Part shown: in pieces, positions 39,816-48,890 of the stretch
Layout: every line of letters begins with the position of its first letter
Numbering within the stretch: the stretch's first letter is position 1
Assembly (NCBI GenBank): GCA_943356775.1
Contig: CALRFU010000004.1
Location: 8,546 to 72,545, forward strand
Source: Candidatus Nomurabacteria bacterium
GTDB lineage: Bacteria; Patescibacteriota; Minisyncoccia; Phycocordibacterales; UBA2100
Length of the DNA: 64,000 nucleotides
Direction: 5' to 3'
The notes under the pieces: generated by a model
The model's input: the letters and a program-made list of their open reading frames with translations, nothing else
What the model was told of the DNA's origin: nothing
Database searches by the model: none
Translations under genes and position numbers: made by a program

Positions 39816-41063
39816 ATGAAAATGAAAACTGTCGTCGAATATGTGCTGGCCGTGGTTGTTGTCCTCATACTCGGAAGCCTTGCCGGGTGGTACTTCTTCC
39901 TCCGCACTCAAACCGACACCACCATCGCCGAGAGTGTCGCCCGCGGGTTCGGTCTTGGCGCGCCGGAAGGGAATACAAACGGTAGCGTCTCGAGCGCATC
40001 ACAGGAGGCGGCGACCGACGCGTCGCCCGCACAATCGGCACAGCGTCCCGCCCAGCTTTGGAGTGTGGAACCAAAACCGACATCGGGACACACGTTCATC
40101 GGGAGCGGAAAAAATCTCCGGCTGCGCTACGTAGAGCGCGCGAGCGGGTACGTACTGGAAGCCGACCCCGAGACAGGACAAATTCTCCGCCTCACCAATA
40201 CGCTCATGCCGAAAATTTATGAGGCTTTGCTCAGTGAGAACGGACACGTGCTTGAACGCTCACTCGATACGGCCGGGAACATAACAACGTTCGTCGGAAC
40301 TATAGCGACAAGCACAAGCTCCGCATCTTCATCGGCCAAAACCCTTACCGGGACGTACCTTGCAAAGAATATTTCAAGCGTAAGCATGCACCCGGTCTCA
40401 GGGGCACTCTTTTATGTTGTGGGCGGTCAGGGCGGTAGCGCCGTTGTAAGTGCCGAGTGGAACGGCGAGAAACAGAAAACGCTTCTTGAATCAGCAATCA
40501 TAAGCTGGAAACCCGTCACCTTGGCAGACGGTCGCACCATACTTGTGCAGGCCGCCGCCGATGGAGTACCCGGTTATAGCTATGAAGTGAGACAAGGCGG
40601 GGTCCTGAACGCCATACTCGGGCCTGTCCCCGGTCTCGTGGTACGCGCGCGACCTTCGTCTTCAGCAGGCACCCCAAATGCCCTTTTGTGGAGTCAGTCA
40701 ATCGGCGGAACTCTCAGCGTATTCGCCCGTGTCGACCAAAACTCGACAGCGGTGCAAATACCCGTGAGGACTGTCGCAGATAAATGCGTATGGAAATCCG
40801 GAGAAGGGTTCGTCGCGTATTGCGGCGTGCCTCAGGGTTCGACCGGTCAAAACTTCCTGGACAATTGGTACCGGGGTGCGACGCACTCATCCGATGCACT
40901 GTGGCGCATTGATGCGAGCGCAGGCACTGCAGAGATACTCTACACTCCTCCCTCTAACACACCGGTTGATATTGAAAATATACTGATAGACAAAGCGGGG
41001 CAGTACATTTCTTTTACTAACGCCGCGGATAAGTCGCTCTGGCTCTTCCGGCTCACTAAATAA
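39816..41063 (+). CDS. Hypothetical membrane-anchored extracytoplasmic protein
   Basis: The product has an N-terminal TM segment (VVEYVLAVVVVLILGSLAGWYFF). The ATG lies 5 nt after the upstream stop. Confidence 0.45.
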   Translation: MKMKTVVEYVLAVVVVLILGSLAGWYFFLRTQTDTTIAESVARGFGLGAPEGNTNGSVSSASQEAATDASPAQSAQRPAQLWSVEPKPTSGHTFIGSGKNLRLRYVERASGYVLEADPETGQILRLTNTLMPKIYEALLSENGHVLERSLDTAGNITTFVGTIATSTSSASSSAKTLTGTYLAKNISSVSMHPVSGALFYVVGGQGGSAVVSAEWNGEKQKTLLESAIISWKPVTLADGRTILVQAAADGVPGYSYEVRQGGVLNAILGPVPGLVVRARPSSSAGTPNALLWSQSIGGTLSVFARVDQNSTAVQIPVRTVADKCVWKSGEGFVAYCGVPQGSTGQNFLDNWYRGATHSSDALWRIDASAGTAEILYTPPSNTPVDIENILIDKAGQYISFTNAADKSLWLFRLTK

Positions 41064-41065
41064 AT

Positions 41066-41596
41066 ATGGCCGCACTCATTCAGTACCGTGTATACGCGCT
41101 GTGCGCCCTCAGCGCTCTCGCAATCACCTGTATCCTTACCCCGTACATCACACACGCGGCGGATTTCGTCCCGCTCGCGCAGACCCCGGGAGGCTCGAAG
41201 CTTGGACAGCTCTACAGCTCCGGTGATTTCTCTAACTTTATAAACGGGCTGTTCAAATTTGCTATCGCTCTCGGTGCTATCGGTGCGGTGCTTCGCCTCG
41301 CGTACGCAGGCTATCTCTACATGGGGCAGTCAGATATGTGGAGCCAAAAAGGAGCAGCCAAAGAAATCATCAAAGACGTGACCCTCGGACTCCTCCTGCT
41401 CTTGAGCATTTACCTCATTCTCTTCCAAATCAATCCCGATATTTTGACACTCAAAGCGTTGCGCAATATCAAAGAGATACGGCAGACAGGCCCCGCGGCG
41501 CCATCGACATCATCAGGCGGCGGCATGCCCGCAGGACTAGAGCCATCCGGCTTACCTAGCAATCCTCTCGACTCGACGTTCCTCGGAGCGCCTTGA
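41066..41596 (+). CDS. VirB2/TrbC-like pilin candidate with a signal peptide and two hydrophobic helices
   Basis: The signal peptide is followed by the helices FINGLFKFAIALGAIGAVLRLAYAGYLYM and VTLGLLLLLSIYLILFQI, separated by a short charged loop. The C-terminus is Pro/Ser/Gly-rich. Confidence 0.45.
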   Translation: MAALIQYRVYALCALSALAITCILTPYITHAADFVPLAQTPGGSKLGQLYSSGDFSNFINGLFKFAIALGAIGAVLRLAYAGYLYMGQSDMWSQKGAAKEIIKDVTLGLLLLLSIYLILFQINPDILTLKALRNIKEIRQTGPAAPSTSSGGGMPAGLEPSGLPSNPLDSTFLGAP

Positions 41597-41597
41597 G

Positions 41598-42071
41598 TTA
41601 ATCGGTGGAATACTTAATGACGACGCGGCGGCTTCTTCCTTCTCCCTGTGACTCTGTTTTTACATTCGGGGCGTCCTGCAGTGTCGTGTGCACAATGAGT
41701 CGCTCGTAGGCACTCATAGGGGAGAGTTCCACATCGTATTGAAATGACCGCGCCCGTTCCGCCATCATTAAAGCTTTCGTCTGCAGGTCTTTTATCTGTT
41801 TCGTACGGTACTCATTGACGTCGACAAGAAACATCGGCGTACGCTCGGCAATCGCTCCCTCAACCGGGGTCGGCAGGCGATTCTCGTAAATTTTCTTCAC
41901 CAGAAAATCAATGGCATGAAGGGTGTCCCCATGCGCGCCGATAAGGGTGTGTGTGTCGTCGGTGCGGATTGAAAATATTTCCTGGCCCGCTACGGAGCTC
42001 TGTTCGATACTCGAGTAGGGGATACTCGCTGCGGTGAGCAATTCTTTGAGGATAGCGGAGACGGATTCCAT
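41598..42071 (-). CDS. jag: Jag/KhpB-like RNA-binding protein with an R3H domain
   Basis: The product ends with LSPMSAYERLIVHTTLQDAPNVKTESQGEGRSRRVVIK. The gene sits downstream of yidC. Confidence 0.7.
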   Translation of the reverse strand: MESVSAILKELLTAASIPYSSIEQSSVAGQEIFSIRTDDTHTLIGAHGDTLHAIDFLVKKIYENRLPTPVEGAIAERTPMFLVDVNEYRTKQIKDLQTKALMMAERARSFQYDVELSPMSAYERLIVHTTLQDAPNVKTESQGEGRSRRVVIKYSTD

Positions 42072-42122
42072 GGAGGGCACTATACCCCATGACATACAGA
42101 CACTCAACCCGCCCCCTCTGTT

Positions 42123-42860
42123 TTACAGTCCTTTCCCGAACCGTCTACCCGCCGCGTACTCCTGAAGTATCATTAAAATGTTGCCGGTTACCCAATAGAG
42201 AGGTGCCGCCGCGGGGATGGTGTAGGCGATAACGCCGATAATGGCGGGGAGCATATAGCGCGCCTGCAAATCAAAACTCTTGGCCATGTCGCCGGAAAGA
42301 GAGGCCTCAACGGGAGTCGCATCAAGCACTTTCTGACGCGAACCCATCGAGAGGCGCGTGTAGATAAATTGTGTGAGAGCCGCAAGGACGGCGAGAACTA
42401 TGCTCCGCTGCGACATATCAAGCACACCGAGAAATTCCATGTTGACCGATGCCGGTACCTGTACGAACGAGTACAGGAGCGACGCGTCGACCTTCGGGAA
42501 TCCTCCCGCGTAAAAGACCCAGTAGAGTCCGATAAGGACGGGGAATTGTATGAGGACAAGTCCGATACTCGCAAAGGGATGCACTCCGCGCTCCTTGTAG
42601 AGCGCAAATATCGCCCTGCCCTGCTCTTCGCGGTTATCTTTGTGTTTCGCCTTCAACAATTCCACCTCCGGGGCGATTTCCTTCATAGCCATTTGCGCTT
42701 TGATTGCGCGGCTTGAAAGCGGATAAATAATGATACGTACCACAATCGTGAGTGCGATAATGGCGAGACCTATATCGTGCGAAGGAATGATTCCCACGAA
42801 GAACGCCACCCCATTGTAGAGCGGGTCGTAAATACCCGCGTGAAAGAGATTCGATATCAT
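42123..42860 (-). CDS. yidC: Membrane protein insertase YidC, short Gram-positive-type form
   Basis: The product contains PLSSRAIKAQMAMKEIAPEVELLKAKHKDNREEQGRAIFALYKERGVHPFAS. Confidence 0.85.
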   Translation of the reverse strand: MISNLFHAGIYDPLYNGVAFFVGIIPSHDIGLAIIALTIVVRIIIYPLSSRAIKAQMAMKEIAPEVELLKAKHKDNREEQGRAIFALYKERGVHPFASIGLVLIQFPVLIGLYWVFYAGGFPKVDASLLYSFVQVPASVNMEFLGVLDMSQRSIVLAVLAALTQFIYTRLSMGSRQKVLDATPVEASLSGDMAKSFDLQARYMLPAIIGVIAYTIPAAAPLYWVTGNILMILQEYAAGRRFGKGL

Positions 42861-43210
42861 GATTGGAGTATTCTATCCCGCGCATCAATAGTTCTCAACA
42901 GCTTCTGAATATCGCTCGTCACCTCAGCCCGGGACGCTTCACGCGCTTCTCGTTTGGCGTAGAAGATAAAAGCCGCTGACTGTGTCCTTCCCGCAAGGAG
43001 TGGACGGAGGCTTTCTCGGCAATGACGTTCAATTCGATTGCGATCAACCGAGCGTGGAGATACTTTTTTTGAAACCACACACGCTGCCCGCGGCCCACCC
43101 AAAGAGGGAAGCGGCGTCACCGTTACAGAGAAAAAATCCCCGTGAATGCGCCGGGCAGGGCGGGGGAGGCGGATAAATTCGGCACGTGAGAGCCGGTATT
43201 TTTTTGGCAT
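42857..43210 (-). CDS. rnpA: RNase P protein component
   Basis: The product reads MPKKYRLSRAEFIRLP...RNRIERHCRE. The gene lies between rpmH and yidC. Confidence 0.8.
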   Translation of the reverse strand: MPKKYRLSRAEFIRLPRPARRIHGDFFSVTVTPLPSLGGPRAACVVSKKVSPRSVDRNRIERHCRESLRPLLAGRTQSAAFIFYAKREAREASRAEVTSDIQKLLRTIDARDRILQS

Positions 43211-43226
43211 GATGAGGCGGGACAGC

Positions 43227-43367
43227 CTACACCGTAAGCTTCGCGCGGCCTTTACGGCGGCGGCGGACCAAGACGTTCTTGCCCGATGTGCTCGCTGAGC
43301 GCGCGCGGAAACCGTGCGTGCGGACACGCTTACGCTTCTTTGGCTGCCAATTTCGTTTTGTCGACAT
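43227..43367 (-). CDS. rpmH: 50S ribosomal protein L34
   Basis: The reverse-strand translation is [46 protein letters not shown]. This ORF is below the size cutoff of the supplied ORF track. Confidence 0.85.
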   Translation of the reverse strand: MSTKRNWQPKKRKRVRTHGFRARSASTSGKNVLVRRRRKGRAKLTV

Positions 43368-43458
43368 GCCGCCCACTATACCCGTATTCCTAATTAATTC
43401 AACCTTTGCGACCTCACAGGATAAAAATCACCCCCCGATCAATCTACAATCAAAACAA

Positions 43459-43578
43459 GCGCTTGTGTGGCGTTGCCGAACCTCGCGCAGCGGATAAAAG
43501 GACCGCCAACACATACAGCAGTGGTGATACACGGCACGATCGAGACAAACTTCAGGTTCGGCAACGCCACACAAGCGC
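43459..43578. repeat. Perfect 25-bp inverted-repeat pair with a 70-bp spacer, in the rpmH-dnaA intergenic region
   Basis: The arms gcgcttgtgtggcgttgccgaacct (43459-43483) and aggttcggcaacgccacacaagcgc (43554-43578) are exact reverse complements. A DnaA-box-like TATCCACA lies at 43610-43618. Confidence 0.6.
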
Positions 43579-43700
43579 GCAAATCCACTCTCCCCACACT
43601 ATCCACACCTTATAAACAGTGGCATGACCGAACTTGAAACTTCCCCAGAGAAGCGTCCCGCGTATAATGTAGAACTTGGTTGCGCATGACTACTACTTCT

Positions 43701-45050
43701 ATGAGTAATCGCGAATTGTGGCAGAACGCGCTCGTGCAAATAGAGCTCGGGACGTCTGAGGCTTCCTTCCGCACATGGTTTCGCAACACCGACATCGCAA
43801 GCCGCGACGGAAACACCGTCCACGTGGCTGTTCCTTCCAAAATAGTCAAAGAATGGCTCATGGAGAAGCATCACAAGCTCATCATGAAAGCTCTCCGCGG
43901 CCTGGATAACACCGTCCGGACCGTCGAATATGCGGTTCATCGCTCTGCGGCGGCACCGGCGGAGCGTAAAGCCCCGCGGCCTCAGGTACAAGAGAACGCC
44001 TCGCTCGATCTCGGCAGTCTCTACATAGATAAACGCGATAATTTGAACCCCCGATATACGTTTGAGACTTTTGTCGTCGGCCCTTTCAACGAACTCGCGC
44101 ACGCGGCCGCAAAAGCAATCCTCGAGAGACCCGGCCTGGCTTACAATCCGCTTTTTATCTACGGTTCTACCGGACACGGTAAGACACACCTCATACAAGC
44201 GGTGGGGAATTACTTTAAAAAAGGACACTCGAACAAAAAAGTCCTCTACGTCACCTCGGAGCGCTTCTCGGTGGACTACATCAACGCCGTCCGCGCCGGA
44301 CACGCGAACAATTTCAAGGATCAGTACCGCCAATACGACGTACTTATCATGGACGACGTGCAATTCATCGCGAATACCGAGAAAACGCAGGAAGAATTGT
44401 TCCATCTCTTCAATGCGATGCGCGACAACAACAAACAAATCGTATTCTCGAGCGACAAACACCCCGCATTGCTCCCCGGACTTGAAGACAGGCTCAGGGG
44501 CCGCTTCGGCGCAGGCATGATAGCCGAGATACCCGAGCCCGATATGGAATCGCGCATCGCCATCATTCGCGCAAAAATCGAACAGCATGGGTTTTCTATT
44601 CCGGAAGATATTATCCAATACATCGCAGAAAATCTGCGTGGAAATATCCGCGAGCTTGAGGGGGTCCTCAACATGATTGTGTGTAAATCACAACTCAAGG
44701 GTAAGGCGGTGACACAAGCTGATGTCCGCGCGCTCATTAAACACAATGTGAAGCCCAATAGGGGAGTATCTGTCGATGAGGTGGTACGCCGTATTGCATC
44801 GTATTACGACGTACCCGAGAAAAGTATCTACGAAAAGACACGTAAAAAGGAAGTGGTGAAGCCGCGACAAATAATCATGTATATGCTGCGCGAAGAATTC
44901 AGCGTTTCATACCCATCCATAGGAGAAAAGCTTGGGGGGCGCGACCACACGACGGTGATTCACTCATGTGAAAAGATAAAAGAGGAAATTAAATCAAATC
45001 CTTCACTCGAACAGGAGCTTGATCACATCCGCACACTCATACACGCGTAA
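43701..45050 (+). CDS. dnaA: Chromosomal replication initiator DnaA
   Basis: The AAA+ core contains GSTGHGKTHL and the C-terminal DNA-binding domain contains GGRDHTTVIHSCEKI. The start could instead be the upstream Met at 43680. Confidence 0.9.
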   Translation: MSNRELWQNALVQIELGTSEASFRTWFRNTDIASRDGNTVHVAVPSKIVKEWLMEKHHKLIMKALRGLDNTVRTVEYAVHRSAAAPAERKAPRPQVQENASLDLGSLYIDKRDNLNPRYTFETFVVGPFNELAHAAAKAILERPGLAYNPLFIYGSTGHGKTHLIQAVGNYFKKGHSNKKVLYVTSERFSVDYINAVRAGHANNFKDQYRQYDVLIMDDVQFIANTEKTQEELFHLFNAMRDNNKQIVFSSDKHPALLPGLEDRLRGRFGAGMIAEIPEPDMESRIAIIRAKIEQHGFSIPEDIIQYIAENLRGNIRELEGVLNMIVCKSQLKGKAVTQADVRALIKHNVKPNRGVSVDEVVRRIASYYDVPEKSIYEKTRKKEVVKPRQIIMYMLREEFSVSYPSIGEKLGGRDHTTVIHSCEKIKEEIKSNPSLEQELDHIRTLIHA

Positions 45051-45284
45051 TCACCCTGTTAATAACTCCACGAACAACCACTGCTCAGAACTCGTACAAC
45101 CTATCACTTATCCACTCCGAAAAAATATGAAATTACTTACTCACAACTTATCCGAACTTCCGGTGAAAGTTCTCAACAGTGAACTTCACCGAAAATACAT
45201 AATCAATTCCTCGATTAGAATGATTTCTCCCCAGTATCCACAGTACTAATAGTAGTAATAGTATTTATATATAATTATCTAGGT
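45051..45284. promoter_or_regulatory. Candidate oriC core with DnaA-box-like motifs and an AT-rich unwinding element
   Basis: The region contains ttatccact, cttatccgaac and agtatccacag, followed by the AT-rich stretch taatagtagtaatagtatttatatataattatc immediately upstream of dnaN. Confidence 0.5.
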
Positions 45285-46391
45285 ATGAAACTAACAACAA
45301 TAAAAGAAAAGATTTTGAATGCGGTTCAGCTCGCAGAAAAAATCACCGGAAAGAAAGAATCTCTTCCCGTGTTGTCGTGTGTCCTCCTTGAGGTTGTGTC
45401 CGGTAAAGGGGAGTTGATTGTACGGGCGACGAATTTGGAAGCGGGAGTTGAAGTGTCTGTTCCATGTGAGGTTGAGGATGCGGGTGTTGTCGCTGTTTCA
45501 GCTTCTGTTTTATCACAAACAATACGTTCTATATCGGGTGAGAAAATATCACTCAAAACAGAGGATGGAAATTTAGTTGTTGAATCGAGGGGGACGCGGA
45601 CTCTTATAAAGGCTATACCACATGAAGAATTTCCGGCGCTGGGGGGTGAAAATGATGTGAAGGGGGTAAGTGTCTCCCGTGAAGAGCTTATGCGTGGGGT
45701 CCAATCGGTCGCGTATGCAGCCTCACCATCGATGATACGACCGGAATTGGGGAGTGTGTACGTACTTCTCAAACCGGGAGCAATTATATGTGTAGCCACA
45801 GATTCTTTCCGGCTTGCTGAAAAAACAATTCCAGGAGTCTCGAGTAAGAGTGAGACAGAGCTCCTTGTCCCACTCAAGCATGCGCTTGAACTCGTGCATG
45901 TACTTGAGAGAATTGATGCGAATGAGGTGAGTCTTTCAGCGGACGACTCTCAAATGTCGATATCCGCCAATGGGGTCCGGTATGTTTCGCGGGTGGTAGA
46001 CGGCACCTTCCCGAACTATAAAGAAATACTACCGAAAGTATTCGAAACCGAGGCGACTGTTCTTAAGAATGATTTCTCTGAAATGCTCCGTAAGGCCCGT
46101 GTATTTTCAGGTAACGACCAACATGTCGGCCTTCATATATATCCAAAACGTAAAATATTCAGTGCAACGGCGCGCAGCTCTGAGGTGGGGGAGATGTCGG
46201 ATTCAATCGATGCGGCCATTTCCGGTAACGACCTCGACATTAATTTCCATATCGGTTATCTCGCCGACTGTCTCTCCCTCATCGAATCAGACTCGATTAT
46301 TCTTGGTTTTGCAGGAGCGGGAAAGCCACTCGTTATCCGCGGCGTCTCCGACTCCTCGTTTACCTACCTCGTGATGCCTCTCAACAGATAA
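45285..46391 (+). CDS. dnaN: DNA polymerase III beta sliding clamp
   Basis: The 368-aa product has the three-domain clamp pattern and the N-terminus MKLTTIKEKILNAVQLAEKITGKKESLPVLSCVLLEV. Confidence 0.9.
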   Translation: MKLTTIKEKILNAVQLAEKITGKKESLPVLSCVLLEVVSGKGELIVRATNLEAGVEVSVPCEVEDAGVVAVSASVLSQTIRSISGEKISLKTEDGNLVVESRGTRTLIKAIPHEEFPALGGENDVKGVSVSREELMRGVQSVAYAASPSMIRPELGSVYVLLKPGAIICVATDSFRLAEKTIPGVSSKSETELLVPLKHALELVHVLERIDANEVSLSADDSQMSISANGVRYVSRVVDGTFPNYKEILPKVFETEATVLKNDFSEMLRKARVFSGNDQHVGLHIYPKRKIFSATARSSEVGEMSDSIDAAISGNDLDINFHIGYLADCLSLIESDSIILGFAGAGKPLVIRGVSDSSFTYLVMPLNR

Positions 46392-46402
46392 TCTTAGATA
46401 AT

Positions 46403-48853
46403 TTATTGCACCATAAAGGTGATGGCGCGTTCCTCGCGCGTCCCGTCTATGTGTAATGCGACTGCTCGGAGGCTCACAAAGCCCGCAGCGCCCGGCTGGT
46501 AGGAGATAAGGTACGGAGACTGGCCTGAGGTGCCTACGAGCGCGCCATTGGCAAAATAAGAGACATTGAGGATGGTCTGTGGTTGCGGTGACTCGGCTCC
46601 GAATGTTACAGTCGCACCGAAAGGAATTGTGGCACCCGCACGCGGAGAAGCGATACGGAATCCTTCAGTGGAAGAGGGGGGCTTGTTTGGATCAATTTGA
46701 CCCGGGGTTGTGCTCGCGGGTTGACCTCCCGACCAGAGCGACACAGGATAGTCCCAATAGGAAAACTGAGGGTCGCTCGCTGGATTCGCAGGGCGTCCAC
46801 CTCGGGGGTTGTCCTTGTTGACCCAGTAGAGAATATCGTGGACACCCTGGGAGGAATCGCTGTTCCAGTTACCTTTGAGGACTTCCGGCATCGTCGCAAC
46901 ATCCGAATCCGGACCTGGGGCAGGGAATGTGTCCGACGGTGAGGAATACTTCGAGAGCGCGTGCACCATAAAATCATGCCAGAGAGGAGCAATGATGAAT
47001 GAGGCCGGGTTGTTCACCATCGACGAGCCGTTGTTGTTACCTGTCCAGGCGCCGACGCTGATGCTTGGCGTGTACCCGATAATCCATGCATCATCGAAGT
47101 TATCCGTGGTTCCTGTTTTTGCCGCGACCTGATAGCCGGGGAAAAAGAGCGGTGAATTGAGACCGAATTCAGGGGAGCGCGCGACGTTGTCCGAAAGGAT
47201 GTCGTTGATGAGCCGTGCGATACGGGGCTCAAGAACGCGCGAGCTTTCTTGTTGGTACGTTTCGAGAATGTTGCCCTCGGTATCTTCGACTCGGAGTATT
47301 CCTGTCGGAGGATTTTTGATACCATCATTCGCGAAAACGCCATATGCACCCGTCATGTCGAGGAGTTTGACCTCTCCGCCTCCGAGCACGAGCGGCAATC
47401 CGTAGTGGTCGGGTGAAAGGTTGAGCGTTGTGATGCCGAGGTTGTGCGCAGTATCAATCGAATTCCGGATGCCTGCGAGGTAGAGGAGTTTGATGGCGGG
47501 AATGTTTTCCGAACGCGCGAGCGCGGCGCGTAATTTCATCGGCCCCTCGAAGCCTCCGTCGAAGTTGCCCGGCGCGTAACACGGATAGGTGCTGTTCGTC
47601 ACGTCGCTCGGCGCACACGCGGTCGAAAACTGTGTCGCGAGGTCGAAAATAACCGTGTCGGGCGTGTATCCTTTTTCGAATGCGGTTGCGTAGACGAACG
47701 GCTTGAATGAAGATCCCGGCTGACGGTTGGCGACGGCTATATTTACTTTGCCGTCGATTGTCTCGTCGAAGTATCCCTTGGAGCCGACCATGGCAAGTAT
47801 CTGCCCGGTCTTCGGGTCGGTAGCGACGATGCCCTGATTCGACGCATTCAAATTCTTCAAGAGGCCCGGTGCAAATTTTGCAACACTCTCCTCGGCCTTT
47901 TGCTGCAAGTCATAGTCGAGAGTTGTCACCACGTGGAGACCGACCTGGTTCACCACATCCGCACCGTACTTTTGCTCGAGGTATTCTTGAATATAAAAGA
48001 CAAAGTGCGGTGCCTTGATGCCCGCGTTCTTCGGGTCCTTGAATTCGACGCTCTCACCTTGCGCTTGATCGTGTTCCTCTTGCGTGATGAGGTTATTCTC
48101 GAGCATTTTCGCGAGGACGAGATTTTTGCGCGCATCAAGCGCATCTTTGTGGTTACCGTACGGAGAGAAATACGTCGGCTTTTGTGGGAGTGCGGCTATG
48201 TAGGCCGCTTGTGCCAAGTCGACGTCCTTTGCAGGGATGCCGAAGAAGTATTGGCTCGCTTCTTCGACGCCGTAAATCGTGCCGCCGTACGGGGTTTCAT
48301 TGAGGTAGGTGTTGAGAATCTGGTCTTTGGTGTATACGCGAGTGAGTCGAAGGGCGAGGATTATTTCTTTTACTTTGCGTGTGACGGTTTTGTCTTGCGT
48401 GAGGAGAGCGTTTTTTACAACCTGCTGCGTGATGGTCGAGCCGCCCTGTCCGCTCAAGAGATTGCCGCGCGTCAGGTTTGTCCACATGGCGCTCACGAGT
48501 CTTAGGGGGCGGAAGCCGGCGTTTTCATAGAAGGTCGCGTCCTCAATCGCTATCGCCGCTTTCTGAATGTACGGAGAAATCTCTTCGAGCGGAACAGACG
48601 TGCGTCGCATGGTGCCGTGCACATCGTAGAGAACAATATTTCCCGTCCGGTCGAATATTTTAGTCGATTGCGCGACTTGTCGATTCTCAAAATCGTTGAT
48701 TGCGGGTATTGGCATGATGGTTGCCCACACTATGCCGCCCCCTACAATGAGAAGTGTCGCTATGGTAACAAGGAGGAGTCCCACCTCAATCCATCGCGGC
48801 ATGCTACGCCAAATATATTTGATGCGGCGAAAAAACCCTCGTTTTGCGACCAT
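46403..48853 (-). CDS. Class A penicillin-binding protein (bifunctional transglycosylase/transpeptidase)
   Basis: The transglycosylase motifs are EDATFYEN and GGSTITQQVVKN. The transpeptidase domain contains the SxxK motif SSFKPF and the KTG motif AAKTGT. The N-terminus is a TM anchor. Confidence 0.85.
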   Translation of the reverse strand: MVAKRGFFRRIKYIWRSMPRWIEVGLLLVTIATLLIVGGGIVWATIMPIPAINDFENRQVAQSTKIFDRTGNIVLYDVHGTMRRTSVPLEEISPYIQKAAIAIEDATFYENAGFRPLRLVSAMWTNLTRGNLLSGQGGSTITQQVVKNALLTQDKTVTRKVKEIILALRLTRVYTKDQILNTYLNETPYGGTIYGVEEASQYFFGIPAKDVDLAQAAYIAALPQKPTYFSPYGNHKDALDARKNLVLAKMLENNLITQEEHDQAQGESVEFKDPKNAGIKAPHFVFYIQEYLEQKYGADVVNQVGLHVVTTLDYDLQQKAEESVAKFAPGLLKNLNASNQGIVATDPKTGQILAMVGSKGYFDETIDGKVNIAVANRQPGSSFKPFVYATAFEKGYTPDTVIFDLATQFSTACAPSDVTNSTYPCYAPGNFDGGFEGPMKLRAALARSENIPAIKLLYLAGIRNSIDTAHNLGITTLNLSPDHYGLPLVLGGGEVKLLDMTGAYGVFANDGIKNPPTGILRVEDTEGNILETYQQESSRVLEPRIARLINDILSDNVARSPEFGLNSPLFFPGYQVAAKTGTTDNFDDAWIIGYTPSISVGAWTGNNNGSSMVNNPASFIIAPLWHDFMVHALSKYSSPSDTFPAPGPDSDVATMPEVLKGNWNSDSSQGVHDILYWVNKDNPRGGRPANPASDPQFSYWDYPVSLWSGGQPASTTPGQIDPNKPPSSTEGFRIASPRAGATIPFGATVTFGAESPQPQTILNVSYFANGALVGTSGQSPYLISYQPGAAGFVSLRAVALHIDGTREERAITFMVQ

Positions 48854-48890
48854 ATATCTCGTCTATTGTATTCTTTTTCGATGTTTTTAG

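Noticed and set aside
42857-43327. Full 156-aa extent of the ORF containing rnpA
   Set aside because: The N-terminal 39 codons run through the rpmH gene in another frame. rnpA more plausibly starts at the internal Met (43210), with rpmH as a separate 46-aa gene.
43599-44618. 339-aa minus-strand ORF opposite dnaA
   Set aside because: It is antisense to dnaA. It is a GC-driven spurious ORF.
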